Shown here: positions 40,226-49,359 of the stretch, in pieces
How positions within the stretch are numbered: the first letter of the stretch is position 1
Layout: the number at the start of each line of letters is the position of its first letter
From: a virus
Taxonomy: Duplodnaviria; Heunggongvirae; Uroviricota; Caudoviricetes
IMG/VR virus record: IMGVR_UViG_2690315748_000001
Location: 1 to 60,651 of that record
Strand: one strand, 5' to 3'
Length of the DNA stretch: 60,651 bases
Position numbers and translations under genes: made by a program
The notes under the pieces: generated by a model
What the model was told of the DNA's origin: nothing
Databases searched by the model: none
What the model saw: only the letters and a program-made list of their open reading frames with translations

Positions 40226-40351
40226 ATGAACGAAGACAAATGTAAAGTGTGCAACGGAACGCAAATTGAAACAGTGCGAGTCAAAGAGCCTGATGGTGAA
40301 GGTGGGTTTGATTGGGTTAGTGAAGATCGTCCATGCCCAGCTTGCCAATGA
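40226..40351 (+). CDS. Zn-ribbon micro-protein (41 aa, not in ORF track)
   Basis: CKVC...CPAC; RBS GGAGGTG; follows repeat promoter. Confidence 0.65.
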   Translation: MNEDKCKVCNGTQIETVRVKEPDGEGGFDWVSEDRPCPACQ

Positions 40352-40373
40352 TTTAAATTGAAGTTTACTTTTA

Positions 40374-40598
40374 TTGAGAATAGGAGAGATTGCGATGAAC
40401 GAAAAAATGAAGGAACATATTGATTTTGTGTTATTTGAAATTCAGAACAACATCGAAAAGGCAAAGAAAAGCGGTGCGTTGAGTGGAGAGGAAAACGAAT
40501 TAGCCCTAGTTCGTGCGGTTACGAAGATAACTGTTGACAACCTTCCTCTCACAAGAGAAGGCAAGGAAATTTTTGATAATCTGAAACATTTCATTTAA
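40374..40598 (+). CDS. Hypothetical protein
   Basis: + strand array ORF; RBS AGGAG. Confidence 0.65.
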   Translation: MRIGEIAMNEKMKEHIDFVLFEIQNNIEKAKKSGALSGEENELALVRAVTKITVDNLPLTREGKEIFDNLKHFI

Positions 40599-40650
40599 CT
40601 AAATAAAACCTTGACTTTATATTCTTTTTCATAGAAGGAGATTAATAAAA

Positions 40651-41052
40651 ATGGATTACATTAACCAAAATACAATGCAACAAATGTCAGCATTACTGAA
40701 AATTCCAAACAATACAACTGTGGATGGAAGAGAAAACTGGATTGAAATTTTTGAAAATAGTGGGTTAGTTCATCATGACGATGGTCGTTTAACCATGGAG
40801 CCTAATATAACAAATGAATTTAAAGGATTCTACATTAGCCATAACCCATATGAATCAGCATACGGAGGGGAAACAACTGCCCTTATACTTGGTCAGGGTC
40901 AAAGGTTTTATATTTTAAAAGGAGATCATAGAAAAGAGTATCAAGGGTTCTTGTCTAGCTTTACAGAATGTATGAATTACTATTGTAACAACCCTAACAA
41001 GCTAGAGCGATTTAGCGACAATATTCCTGTAATATTAAATGAGAAGCAATGA
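40651..41052 (+). CDS. Hypothetical protein
   Basis: RBS AAGGAG. Confidence 0.7.
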   Translation: MDYINQNTMQQMSALLKIPNNTTVDGRENWIEIFENSGLVHHDDGRLTMEPNITNEFKGFYISHNPYESAYGGETTALILGQGQRFYILKGDHRKEYQGFLSSFTECMNYYCNNPNKLERFSDNIPVILNEKQ

Positions 41053-41067
41053 AAGGAGGAATTTAAA

Positions 41068-41238
41068 ATGGCAAAAACAAATAGCGAATTGGCGTATCAA
41101 AGATTGGGATTATTACGGGGGATGGGTTATTCAGATACAGACATATTGGAACATGTAATGAGACATGTCAATGGAGATCAAGCGCTTGAAATTATTGATG
41201 ATTATGCAATAGACAATGATTTTGATTTTGAAGATTAA
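41068..41238 (+). CDS. Small acidic hypothetical protein (56 aa, not in ORF track)
   Basis: MAKTNSELAYQRLG...; RBS AAAGGAGG. Confidence 0.65.
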   Translation: MAKTNSELAYQRLGLLRGMGYSDTDILEHVMRHVNGDQALEIIDDYAIDNDFDFED

Positions 41239-41301
41239 TATAACAGCATTCGAATCTATTGCAAGGTTGCAAGCAATCAAATAATAGGGGGTGACGCTGT
41301 A

Positions 41302-41514
41302 ATGAATGAGGTTGAAGAATTTAAAAATGGTTTGTCGATGATGCTAGTATTAGATCAAAGAAAAGATATTAATACAATATTACCGCTTTTACAAACAGGC
41401 AAGTTTCATCATACTTTAGATGATCATCTTATAACTTTCTATTGGAAGTCAATAGAGCAAATGAAACAACAAAAAACAGCATACGAACAAGCTAATGAGT
41501 GTGATTCTAAATAA
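41302..41514 (+). CDS. Hypothetical protein
   Basis: RBS AGGGGGTG. Confidence 0.65.
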   Translation: MNEVEEFKNGLSMMLVLDQRKDINTILPLLQTGKFHHTLDDHLITFYWKSIEQMKQQKTAYEQANECDSK

Positions 41515-41519
41515 CAACT

Positions 41520-41780
41520 TTGATTAATGGAGATAGCAAAATGAACGTAAAAGTTGATACAATTAAAATGATGGCAGGTATATGCACTCTTTTTAATCTG
41601 TCAGTTGTCGAAGCAAAGTCTATAGTTGATAAAGCCATAGATGAAATAAATAACAATAGCGAGATAATTCCCTATGCGAAAAAGATTACAATGCGTCTTT
41701 CTAAAGAGAAAGGCATACCTATTGTTAATGCAGACGTTTTTGTGAACAATGTCGCAAACAAACTTGAAATTAATGTGTGA
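41520..41780 (+). CDS. Hypothetical protein
   Basis: Stop codon inside the next repeat (GTG TGA). Confidence 0.6.
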   Translation: MINGDSKMNVKVDTIKMMAGICTLFNLSVVEAKSIVDKAIDEINNNSEIIPYAKKITMRLSKEKGIPIVNADVFVNNVANKLEINV

Positions 41781-41837
41781 TTTTAGACCACATCTATATA
41801 ACTATAGGTGTGGTCTATAAGTTACACATTATAGGAG

Positions 41838-42086
41838 GTGCTTCAAATGAAAGATCAGTTAGCTTTTATTCTTGAGACACTGAGTTCGCTGAAAAATGGC
41901 GAAGTTAAAACTTATGAAATACACGACGAAGAAGAAAATTATGTTGAGTTCGTGGGATTTGACAAAGAAACCAATAATTTTTACGTAAGGTTAATAAGTG
42001 ATGGGAAAGAAACGAAAACACCTGTCGTGTTTAGCAACGCATTCAGTAAGTTTGACCAGATTTTCAGAAAGGGCGGTATAATGTGA
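41838..42086 (+). CDS. Hypothetical protein
   Basis: Follows hairpin-type repeat promoter; start probably the ATG at 41847. Confidence 0.65.
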   Translation: MLQMKDQLAFILETLSSLKNGEVKTYEIHDEEENYVEFVGFDKETNNFYVRLISDGKETKTPVVFSNAFSKFDQIFRKGGIM

Positions 42087-42122
42087 CTGAATAGAATCTT
42101 AATTCAATTTACAGAATGGAGA

Positions 42123-42503
42123 ATGAAAATGGAAAAGAAGAAGGTCAAGCTTATTGAGCTGGTAAATATGAATCTTGAAACAAGAACTGATGCTAATCAA
42201 TTTGTCGAATGGGAAGTTCTTCATAAGTTGAATTTTATTACACCAATTATCAATACTGGCAAAACTGATGGCATCCAAATTGCTGTTAATCGTGGCGTAA
42301 TTGCTGACGGAAGACAGGTATTCCTTACGTTAAAGCAATACATTAATGATGAAATTTCCAGAGAACCAATAGGAAATTTTATTCCATATGGAATGCTTTC
42401 AATGGAAGCGAAAATGTTTGTGGATGATATTGAATTTGATTTCATTGATTTTTCCATCCATGACGACGAAGATATTTTCAAGCGTCTAAACAACTCTAAA
42501 TAA
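42123..42503 (+). CDS. Hypothetical protein
   Basis: Stop codon inside the TAAATAAAA junction motif. Confidence 0.65.
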   Translation: MKMEKKKVKLIELVNMNLETRTDANQFVEWEVLHKLNFITPIINTGKTDGIQIAVNRGVIADGRQVFLTLKQYINDEISREPIGNFIPYGMLSMEAKMFVDDIEFDFIDFSIHDDEDIFKRLNNSK

Positions 42504-42615
42504 AACTTGATTCTATGGAGGAAAGGGGGCGAAATGAATGATGTTGAAACACGAACATTTGAAAATTAATGTGTGATTTTAACTTGCACCTATACCTATT
42601 GGGAGGAAAGTAGAG

Positions 42616-42828
42616 ATGGATAACAAAGAGTTTAAAAGAAAAATGAAAACTTTATATAATGACAAGAAAATCGAGTTCTTAAAAAATGAAGCTCAAAATA
42701 TAGCAAAAATTAACGATTTAACTTTTCAAAATCAAGTACAAAGTGACGCTGTTTATGTTTTTCATGAAAATAAAGTAACAGGTGACGTTGCGCCATGGGG
42801 AAGGTCTACAAAAGTTGAAAATTCTTAA
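42616..42828 (+). CDS. Hypothetical protein
   Basis: RBS GGGAGG. Confidence 0.6.
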   Translation: MDNKEFKRKMKTLYNDKKIEFLKNEAQNIAKINDLTFQNQVQSDAVYVFHENKVTGDVAPWGRSTKVENS

Positions 42829-42909
42829 TGTGTAATTTTAGTCTACGCCTATATAAGAATAGGCGTGGGCAATAAGTTACATATTATAAATAGGAAGGTT
42901 GATGATTCG

Positions 42910-43461
42910 ATGGAAACACTTCATTTCAAAGTTGATCCAATGGCTATGATAAAAATAGCTTTACAAAGATATGTTGAGCAAGAGGTTGAAGGAAAATACT
43001 ACAAGGCAAAACAATTTGCGTGTTATGATTTTTTAAGAGATATAGAAGATAATACTTTAGATGAGATAGTACAAACTTATGCCAAAAAAGAAGGATTGTC
43101 TGCTATAACTCTTGAAAATTGGAGAAAAGACGCTAAATTAATATTTGATGTAATTTGTGAAAGAGAAGATTATAAAATACTAGAAACAGATTACAAAATG
43201 AAGGGTTTTGGGAGAACAAAATTTGGTGTATACGACAAACAAGCGAATGTATTTTATGATTGCGCTTGGTTACACCACTTCGACACTATATTAAACATAG
43301 TTGAAAAAGAATATCCTCATATGCATGATGCTTTGACTGAAATGTATCTTTCATCTTCTTTGGAAGAGTTTGATGGACATACGCGTAAGGAAATTGAAAG
43401 CTTTATCATGAACAACTTTGAGCTATGTGGTGGCTCCAAAAAAATTCAAGATTATTTATAA
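42910..43461 (+). CDS. Hypothetical protein
   Basis: ATG at 42910 with RBS AGGAAGG. Confidence 0.7.
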   Translation: METLHFKVDPMAMIKIALQRYVEQEVEGKYYKAKQFACYDFLRDIEDNTLDEIVQTYAKKEGLSAITLENWRKDAKLIFDVICEREDYKILETDYKMKGFGRTKFGVYDKQANVFYDCAWLHHFDTILNIVEKEYPHMHDALTEMYLSSSLEEFDGHTRKEIESFIMNNFELCGGSKKIQDYL

Positions 43462-43526
43462 ATCGTGTGATTTGATCTTGCTTCTATATAACTATAGAAG
43501 CAAGCAATTAATCATATGATAGGGAG

Positions 43527-44024
43527 TTGTCGAAAGTGAAAACGATAAGAGTTAATTTGCTATTTCATGAGTTAGAAACATTGGATGAATTATTAAGAAA
43601 TAGTGAAGCTATTAGCCAAAACTATAGGCTAAAATTTTCAACACGAAATGCACTGTCTTGTTTGTATTTATATTTCAATCCAAGTGCAGGATATACACAC
43701 AAAGAACAATATGACTTCTACTATAGCAAAGAGCCATTAATATACAGTAAAGAACACATCTTTGGCATTATCAATTACATCAGTGAAATTATTGAGACTT
43801 CACGCAATGCTGGGAAAGGAACGAATATTCCAATTGTATTTTTATTGGCAGATAAAGCAATTAAATTAGGCATGGATAAAACTGCATTCACTGAAAGAGT
43901 AAAAATGTTCTTTTCTGAAAGTGCATACAGACATTCAGAATACAGAGAGTATGCGATGACAGGGACAGCCAAAAAGGAAAATGTTCAGAAGCGCATCGAA
44001 TTATTGTGGGATGCAATTAAATAA
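43527..44024 (+). CDS. Hypothetical protein
   Basis: Follows hairpin-type repeat promoter; start may be GTG at 43536. Confidence 0.65.
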   Translation: MSKVKTIRVNLLFHELETLDELLRNSEAISQNYRLKFSTRNALSCLYLYFNPSAGYTHKEQYDFYYSKEPLIYSKEHIFGIINYISEIIETSRNAGKGTNIPIVFLLADKAIKLGMDKTAFTERVKMFFSESAYRHSEYREYAMTGTAKKENVQKRIELLWDAIK

Positions 44025-44043
44025 CAATTGTAGGAGGATTAAC

Positions 44044-44331
44044 ATGGCAGAGTTTACGTATGGCGGTAACAAACTGGAGTACGACTTTACCACTGTCTTA
44101 TTCGGCAAGGGTGAATTTCTCGATAATGATGGCGAGATTCAAGAAATTAATGCAATTCATCTTCCAACTGAACCAAACGGAAAGCATATATCTGTTTTTG
44201 ATAAAGAGTTTGAAGATAAAAGTGTTGTTGAATGGAGAAGTTATGCCGATGGAAAAATTTTAAGTTTTGTTTGCGAGAAAGTTGAACATTGGAATACAGA
44301 TTGGAGAAAAGGAAGAGATCATAAAGACTAA
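44044..44331 (+). CDS. Hypothetical protein
   Basis: RBS AGGAGG, ATG at 44044. Confidence 0.7.
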   Translation: MAEFTYGGNKLEYDFTTVLFGKGEFLDNDGEIQEINAIHLPTEPNGKHISVFDKEFEDKSVVEWRSYADGKILSFVCEKVEHWNTDWRKGRDHKD

Positions 44332-44371
44332 AATAGAAGCAAGCAATTAATCATAAAATAGGAGGATTTAC

Positions 44372-44572
44372 ATGGGACAAACCAAAACGAAAAGTAAATC
44401 TACAATCATTACATATCAAGGCTGGAAGATCAAGCAGAAGAAAGATCAATACGATATGGATGTATTCCTTTGCTACACTAAAGAAGAATGGGAATATGGT
44501 TCTGGATTGCGTCAGGCAGAATGGGAAGCTGGCACAATGCAGGAAGCAAAGGATTTCATAGACAGTTATTAA
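44372..44572 (+). CDS. Hypothetical protein
   Basis: RBS AGGAGG. Confidence 0.7.
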   Translation: MGQTKTKSKSTIITYQGWKIKQKKDQYDMDVFLCYTKEEWEYGSGLRQAEWEAGTMQEAKDFIDSY

Positions 44573-44586
44573 TTAAGAGGTGAAAT

Positions 44587-44781
44587 ATGAAAAAATCATA
44601 TGAAGTTATATGTGAGGTTAAGGATTGGGATACTCCAGAACAAGTTGAATTGAAAAATAAAATGAAGAATCTTTATATAAAGCAAGAAAAATTTGAGGAA
44701 AAGTATAAATGTGTCAGACAATATGCTGAGTGTGGTTATGAAATCAACCAAATAAAATATATACTTAAAAAAGAAAATTAA
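44587..44781 (+). CDS. Hypothetical protein
   Basis: RBS GAGGTG. Confidence 0.65.
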   Translation: MKKSYEVICEVKDWDTPEQVELKNKMKNLYIKQEKFEEKYKCVRQYAECGYEINQIKYILKKEN

Positions 44782-44863
44782 AAATCACACTTCAATTAAT
44801 ATATCAAATGAAAATATGTTTGTTCGGTTAATAAATTATAAATAAATATGAAACTAAACGAGG

Positions 44864-45160
44864 GTGATCGGCATGGAAAATAAAATTCCATTTGAAGAAT
44901 TGGAAGTCAATAAAGATTGGAAAGAAGCTGTAATTGTATTTTCCGATGAAAGCTTTGGTAATCGTGGATTTACTGTCGAAGAAAGAAGTTACAAGGTTTC
45001 AGGGGATGCTAAATTTTTTGATCCAAACATGATTGGCAGTTCTTTATTTGGTAACTGTTTGGATGGTAAAGATATAGGCGTTCGGCTTGATTGGTATATG
45101 AATCTAAAGCCAGACGAAGGGAGACGTTGGGAAGTAGAATATTGTTATATCGTTAAATAA
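44864..45160 (+). CDS. Hypothetical phage protein
   Basis: RBS GAGGGTG. Confidence 0.7.
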   Translation: MIGMENKIPFEELEVNKDWKEAVIVFSDESFGNRGFTVEERSYKVSGDAKFFDPNMIGSSLFGNCLDGKDIGVRLDWYMNLKPDEGRRWEVEYCYIVK

Positions 45161-45213
45161 TTTCTAACATCGGTGTGTGATTTACATGTGCTGATATATA
45201 ACTATATAATGAG

Positions 45214-45612
45214 GTGATCGACGACATGATGAAAGTTACAGTTGAATTAAATGGGAAAACAATGGGTGATATTGAAAATGCTTTTGACGAAGCAAAAAGG
45301 AAAGTTTTAGAAGGGTATAAAAACGGATTTGATAGTAACGATTCTGGAAGCTACTCTTTTGAAGTTGATGGCGAAGAAGAAGTGCCGAAATTTGATGTAG
45401 GAGATTCAGTAAAAGTAGCAAGCGACAACGATAATGATGGGTATGATGATTTTCGTGACAAGACGCTGATCGTTACACATGTAGCGACAAGTACCGATGA
45501 ACACCCAGGATATGATGAATCCATGGAAGGTATAGCATTGTATGATCTGGAAACAGAAGATGGCGAGGAAATTGGTTGTTCTCTATATGAATATGAATTG
45601 GAGGAAACATAG
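45214..45612 (+). CDS. Hypothetical acidic two-domain protein
   Basis: Follows repeat promoter; RBS GAGGTG. Confidence 0.7.
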   Translation: MIDDMMKVTVELNGKTMGDIENAFDEAKRKVLEGYKNGFDSNDSGSYSFEVDGEEEVPKFDVGDSVKVASDNDNDGYDDFRDKTLIVTHVATSTDEHPGYDESMEGIALYDLETEDGEEIGCSLYEYELEET

Positions 45613-45695
45613 AACGTAATGTGTTATTTGATCTTACACCTATATAACTATAGGTGTAAGCGATTAGTTACATATTACAAAGAGGGTGTGGCTCA

Positions 45696-45869
45696 ATGCT
45701 GACATTTAAAAGAAAATACCAAGTGAAAATGATTGGAAGGGTATTACAGGTTGGAGATTATACGAGTGACAATGAAGGGAATGCGATCCTAGTTGTTGGT
45801 ATTACGTCTGTAAGTGTTGAAGGCGAGCATATGATCATTGAAGGATATGGGGTTCCAAGAGAATACTGA
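45696..45869 (+). CDS. Small hypothetical protein (57 aa, not in ORF track)
   Basis: MLTFKRKYQV...; RBS AGAGGG. Confidence 0.55.
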   Translation: MLTFKRKYQVKMIGRVLQVGDYTSDNEGNAILVVGITSVSVEGEHMIIEGYGVPREY

Positions 45870-45895
45870 TATAAGTTTGAGGAGGTTGATATAGA

Positions 45896-46021
45896 ATGGC
45901 GAAATGTTTGGATTGTAATATGGTCTATACTATATATGGTGGAAGCAAAGGTTCAAAGTGTCCTGCTTGTAAGAGTGAAAAAATTGATACATCAAAAGAA
46001 ATTAGATTAAAAGATAAATAA
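45896..46021 (+). CDS. Zn-ribbon micro-protein (41 aa, not in ORF track)
   Basis: CLDC...CPAC; RBS GAGGAGG. Confidence 0.65.
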   Translation: MAKCLDCNMVYTIYGGSKGSKCPACKSEKIDTSKEIRLKDK

Positions 46022-46070
46022 AATATGACTGTCTTCTCTTTATAAGAGCCTTATAACGCCTATCCTTTTA

Positions 46071-46253
46071 ATGTGGAGGTTTATTATTGTGAAAATTAAG
46101 TTATCAGTAACAATAGAAATAAATGAAAAAGATTATCCAAATTTGTCAAAAGAGGAAATTAAAAATCATTTTCAAGGTAATTTCGATCTTTACATGCAAC
46201 AAGTTGAAGCTGAAACAAAAAATTTATTAAAAGATATTAGTACATCTAAATGA
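46071..46253 (+). CDS. Hypothetical protein
   Basis: Stop codon inside junction motif; start probably GTG at 46090. Confidence 0.6.
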   Translation: MWRFIIVKIKLSVTIEINEKDYPNLSKEEIKNHFQGNFDLYMQQVEAETKNLLKDISTSK

Positions 46254-46287
46254 AATGTGAGTTCTATTTATATAGGAGGAATGAAAA

Positions 46288-46560
46288 ATGGATAATACAT
46301 TTGAAATTATTAAAATGTGGGCAACTGCTGACAAAGATTGTGGTTTTATTGAAGTATCAAGAGATGAAGAAACAGCAAAAGAGTGGATGAACGCTGATGA
46401 AGAAGCGACACAGGTCATTCAGGGTTGGGGCATTATTGACAAACTTACTAATTTGATGCCTGATGACGCAAGAGACTTTCACTATAAGTTAGAAGACGCT
46501 CAAAGTGAATTAAATGAGTTCATGGAAACTGGCAGATGGACTTTCGACGTATCTAAATAA
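46288..46560 (+). CDS. Hypothetical acidic protein
   Basis: RBS AGGAGG; stop codon inside junction motif. Confidence 0.7.
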   Translation: MDNTFEIIKMWATADKDCGFIEVSRDEETAKEWMNADEEATQVIQGWGIIDKLTNLMPDDARDFHYKLEDAQSELNEFMETGRWTFDVSK

Positions 46561-46595
46561 AATATGACTTCCATTTATATAGGAGGAATGAAGCA

Positions 46596-46766
46596 ATGAG
46601 AAAAAAAGAAGAATTAATTGCTTATTATGAAAGAAATTTAGAGAAAGTAAAAACAATGCATGACCCACTTAATTATAATGATGATTTGAGCAAAGACAAA
46701 TGCAATGATTTTATAAGATTTGCAGAAAAAGAACTCGAAGCGGTAAGAAACGGAAGAGAATGGTAA
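46596..46766 (+). CDS. Small hypothetical protein (56 aa, not in ORF track)
   Basis: MRKKEELIAYYERNL...; RBS AGGAGG. Confidence 0.6.
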   Translation: MRKKEELIAYYERNLEKVKTMHDPLNYNDDLSKDKCNDFIRFAEKELEAVRNGREW

Positions 46767-46788
46767 ATAAAATGTATAAGATGGGAGG

Positions 46789-46998
46789 TTGCGAAAAATG
46801 ATAAAACCAATTGAAGGAGATATTCTTATATTTAAGGATAACGCATATGGCGAAACTGGTATAGTGATTAGAGTTTTAGAAGATGGTAGAGTTCGTGTTG
46901 CAACAGGTGCAACACGCAGAAATATACCACAAGAATTGATTCTTGGTGTTGTCGATGGAAACGATTGTAGCAGAGAGATTGTGTCAAATATTTTGTAA
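46789..46998 (+). CDS. Small beta-barrel-like hypothetical protein
   Basis: EGDILIF...GIVIRV pattern; start probably ATG at 46798. Confidence 0.6.
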   Translation: MRKMIKPIEGDILIFKDNAYGETGIVIRVLEDGRVRVATGATRRNIPQELILGVVDGNDCSREIVSNIL

Positions 46999-47036
46999 AT
47001 AAAATGACTTCCATATAGATACAGGAGGGTTAAAAT

Positions 47037-47330
47037 ATGAGAACAGTCAATGAAATTATTTATCGTCCACACAAAGGTAACATTGACGAATCTATGGAGC
47101 AAGCAAAGGAATTTGCATCAGTACAAGAGATGAAAGAATACATCGTAAAAGATTGGAATAATCTATTTGATATAGAGGATATTGTAATAAAGGAAGATGC
47201 ATATAAAGATGATCGAATTGGCTGGAATGATGTAAGGTTGGTAACTATTAAACGTCTTGGCGAACAAGACAACATAGCATTATATGGATGTCCGCAAGCA
47301 ATCGGATATTGTGCAACTGATTATATATAG
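47037..47330 (+). CDS. Hypothetical phage protein
   Basis: RBS AGGAGG. Confidence 0.7.
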   Translation: MRTVNEIIYRPHKGNIDESMEQAKEFASVQEMKEYIVKDWNNLFDIEDIVIKEDAYKDDRIGWNDVRLVTIKRLGEQDNIALYGCPQAIGYCATDYI

Positions 47331-47395
47331 GGGATTCGTTGACAGTTCTAATTGATGATTTGCCCCCACCTCTTTTGAGAAAGGAGTAAACTTAA

Positions 47396-47713
47396 ATGAA
47401 TATTACACAGGCGAATAATAAATTTGACAAACTCGAAGTGAAAATAAATGAAATTTTATCAATCATCCCTGTTAACCTAATAAAAGAAGCATCCGAATTG
47501 TCAGAGAGCCTAAGAGAAGGAATGGAAGAACAAATTGAAAGATTAGAAAATAAGAGTAAATTAAATGAAGATCAAGAATCTACATTAGATCGGTTTCAAT
47601 CAACAATTGAAGCAGTTACAAACATAGATTCAATTTTATCATCTTTAACTAATGCTGTTGAAGAATTTGAAAGTCTGAAACGTAATATTGAAGATGCGAA
47701 AGAAACAATATAA
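47396..47713 (+). CDS. Hypothetical coiled-coil protein
   Basis: RBS AAAGGAG. Confidence 0.7.
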   Translation: MNITQANNKFDKLEVKINEILSIIPVNLIKEASELSESLREGMEEQIERLENKSKLNEDQESTLDRFQSTIEAVTNIDSILSSLTNAVEEFESLKRNIEDAKETI

Positions 47714-47767
47714 GGAGTGCTATTTCGCGTTACATTTATATAACTAATATCAAAGAGGTGAAATATA

Positions 47768-48022
47768 ATGTTATTTACAGATAAACTTAAAGATTGGTAT
47801 GGAGAGTTTACTGATTATGCAAAACTAAAAATGACAGAAGATACAGCCATTTTTCTTGTTGAAACCAAAGACAACTTTGAAATCGCTAGGATATTCCATG
47901 TAGGCAACAGCAAAGAAATTAGTATTGACTTGAAGGTTGTTAAAGGGGATACTTTTTCTATGATGAATGATTTAGCAAGCTTTCTTCTTAAAAATAAATA
48001 TGATTACATAGGAGGTAAATGA
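47768..48022 (+). CDS. Hypothetical protein
   Basis: Follows repeat promoter; RBS GAGGTG. Confidence 0.7.
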   Translation: MLFTDKLKDWYGEFTDYAKLKMTEDTAIFLVETKDNFEIARIFHVGNSKEISIDLKVVKGDTFSMMNDLASFLLKNKYDYIGGK

Positions 48023-48621
48023 TAATGGTTAATATAGATGAAAAAGGATTGCCAGAATATTGTTTTGTAGCGCTTGAAACAACAGGGGAAGTGGTTATGG
48101 TTCATAGATATCAAATGGGGTATAGTCCTACTAGAAAAGGAAATGAGCCATGGTATGGTGAAGAAACTGCTGATGCGGTAAATGCTGATCGTGGTATCAC
48201 TAAGGCTCAAGCGATAGCTATGAAGAATGGTTCGATGTTCGGATGGGATATACCAGCCGCTAATCCTAATTTGTACGATGAAAACGGCATGTTTAAAAAG
48301 GAAAAACTGAAAGAGGTTACAGGTGAATTTACAGGCAAAAAGTTTTCTGATAGATACAATCTTGATGAAATTATTTCAAAAGCGGAGTCGGATGGATGGG
48401 AAGTCGATACAGAGGACTTTGACAAAGGTGGAGACTGGATTTGGTTGCGTGACATGCACAATAGAATGTTACAAGTTAAATTTAATACGTTTAACTATCA
48501 ATTTTTTGTATGGAATCCTTTAAGCGATGAACCTTGTGCAACACATCTTAGTGTTGATCTTGAAGGGCAGGAATGGTACGACTATCTTTTGAATCTATTT
48601 TTCAAAGATGAAATGAAATAA
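48019..48621 (+). CDS. Two-domain conserved hypothetical protein of mobile elements
   Basis: N-domain LPEYCF...GITKAQAIAMKNGSMFGWDIPAANP, a pattern I recognise from phage/ICE proteins of unknown function. Confidence 0.7.
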   Translation: MIMVNIDEKGLPEYCFVALETTGEVVMVHRYQMGYSPTRKGNEPWYGEETADAVNADRGITKAQAIAMKNGSMFGWDIPAANPNLYDENGMFKKEKLKEVTGEFTGKKFSDRYNLDEIISKAESDGWEVDTEDFDKGGDWIWLRDMHNRMLQVKFNTFNYQFFVWNPLSDEPCATHLSVDLEGQEWYDYLLNLFFKDEMK

Positions 48622-48721
48622 ATGTGTTCTGAAAGCGTGTCTTCATCTTTAGATGATGGCATGTTTTGAAAACATATTAAATAGTAGGTTTCAAATATAA
48701 CAGCTACTTGGAGGTTTCTCT

Positions 48722-49309
48722 ATGGGAGAATTAATATATATGAACAAAAACGATGATGAAGGGGTGTCAAAGTGGATGGTTGATGGAGTCAATGCAAATG
48801 GATTAACAAAGGGTGTTGACTTCAATATCATTTCGTTTATGGTTTTAGATAGAGATTTTGCTTCTCATTCTTTGGGCGGTTTCCTTGGAAAGAATAGCAC
48901 TAAACTATTTAAAAATGTTGCAGGAGGATATCGCGCATTTGCTGAAAGTTTGGTTGCAGGAAAAAACGTTGAAGCAGTTGCGGAAACGCCATATCCAAAG
49001 ATTGATAATCAGGTGTTTTACAGAATCAATGAGGAAGTTGACATTGATCTAGCTACAGAAATTGGTCTTGGTGTTGTTCTTTATAAGGGTGAATATCTGC
49101 TTTACTGTCCATCCAATACAGGGAATCCAATGGATGCAGTATCGGAAATGCTTACAATTAAAGTATACTTTCAGCTAAAGCATCCAGATGATATAGACAT
49201 GAAACTTAAATCTTCTTTCGAAAAATATCAGGATATTATTATGAGCAACATGATCGCAAACAGTGCAAAGCATATGAATCACCTGAAAGAAATTTTTACA
49301 GATGTGTGA
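48722..49309 (+). CDS. Hypothetical protein
   Basis: RBS GGAGG; stop codon inside next repeat (GTG TGA). Confidence 0.7.
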   Translation: MGELIYMNKNDDEGVSKWMVDGVNANGLTKGVDFNIISFMVLDRDFASHSLGGFLGKNSTKLFKNVAGGYRAFAESLVAGKNVEAVAETPYPKIDNQVFYRINEEVDIDLATEIGLGVVLYKGEYLLYCPSNTGNPMDAVSEMLTIKVYFQLKHPDDIDMKLKSSFEKYQDIIMSNMIANSAKHMNHLKEIFTDV

Positions 49310-49359
49310 TTTGCTTCTATAGTTATATAACTATTATATGAATTAATCATGAACAGGGA

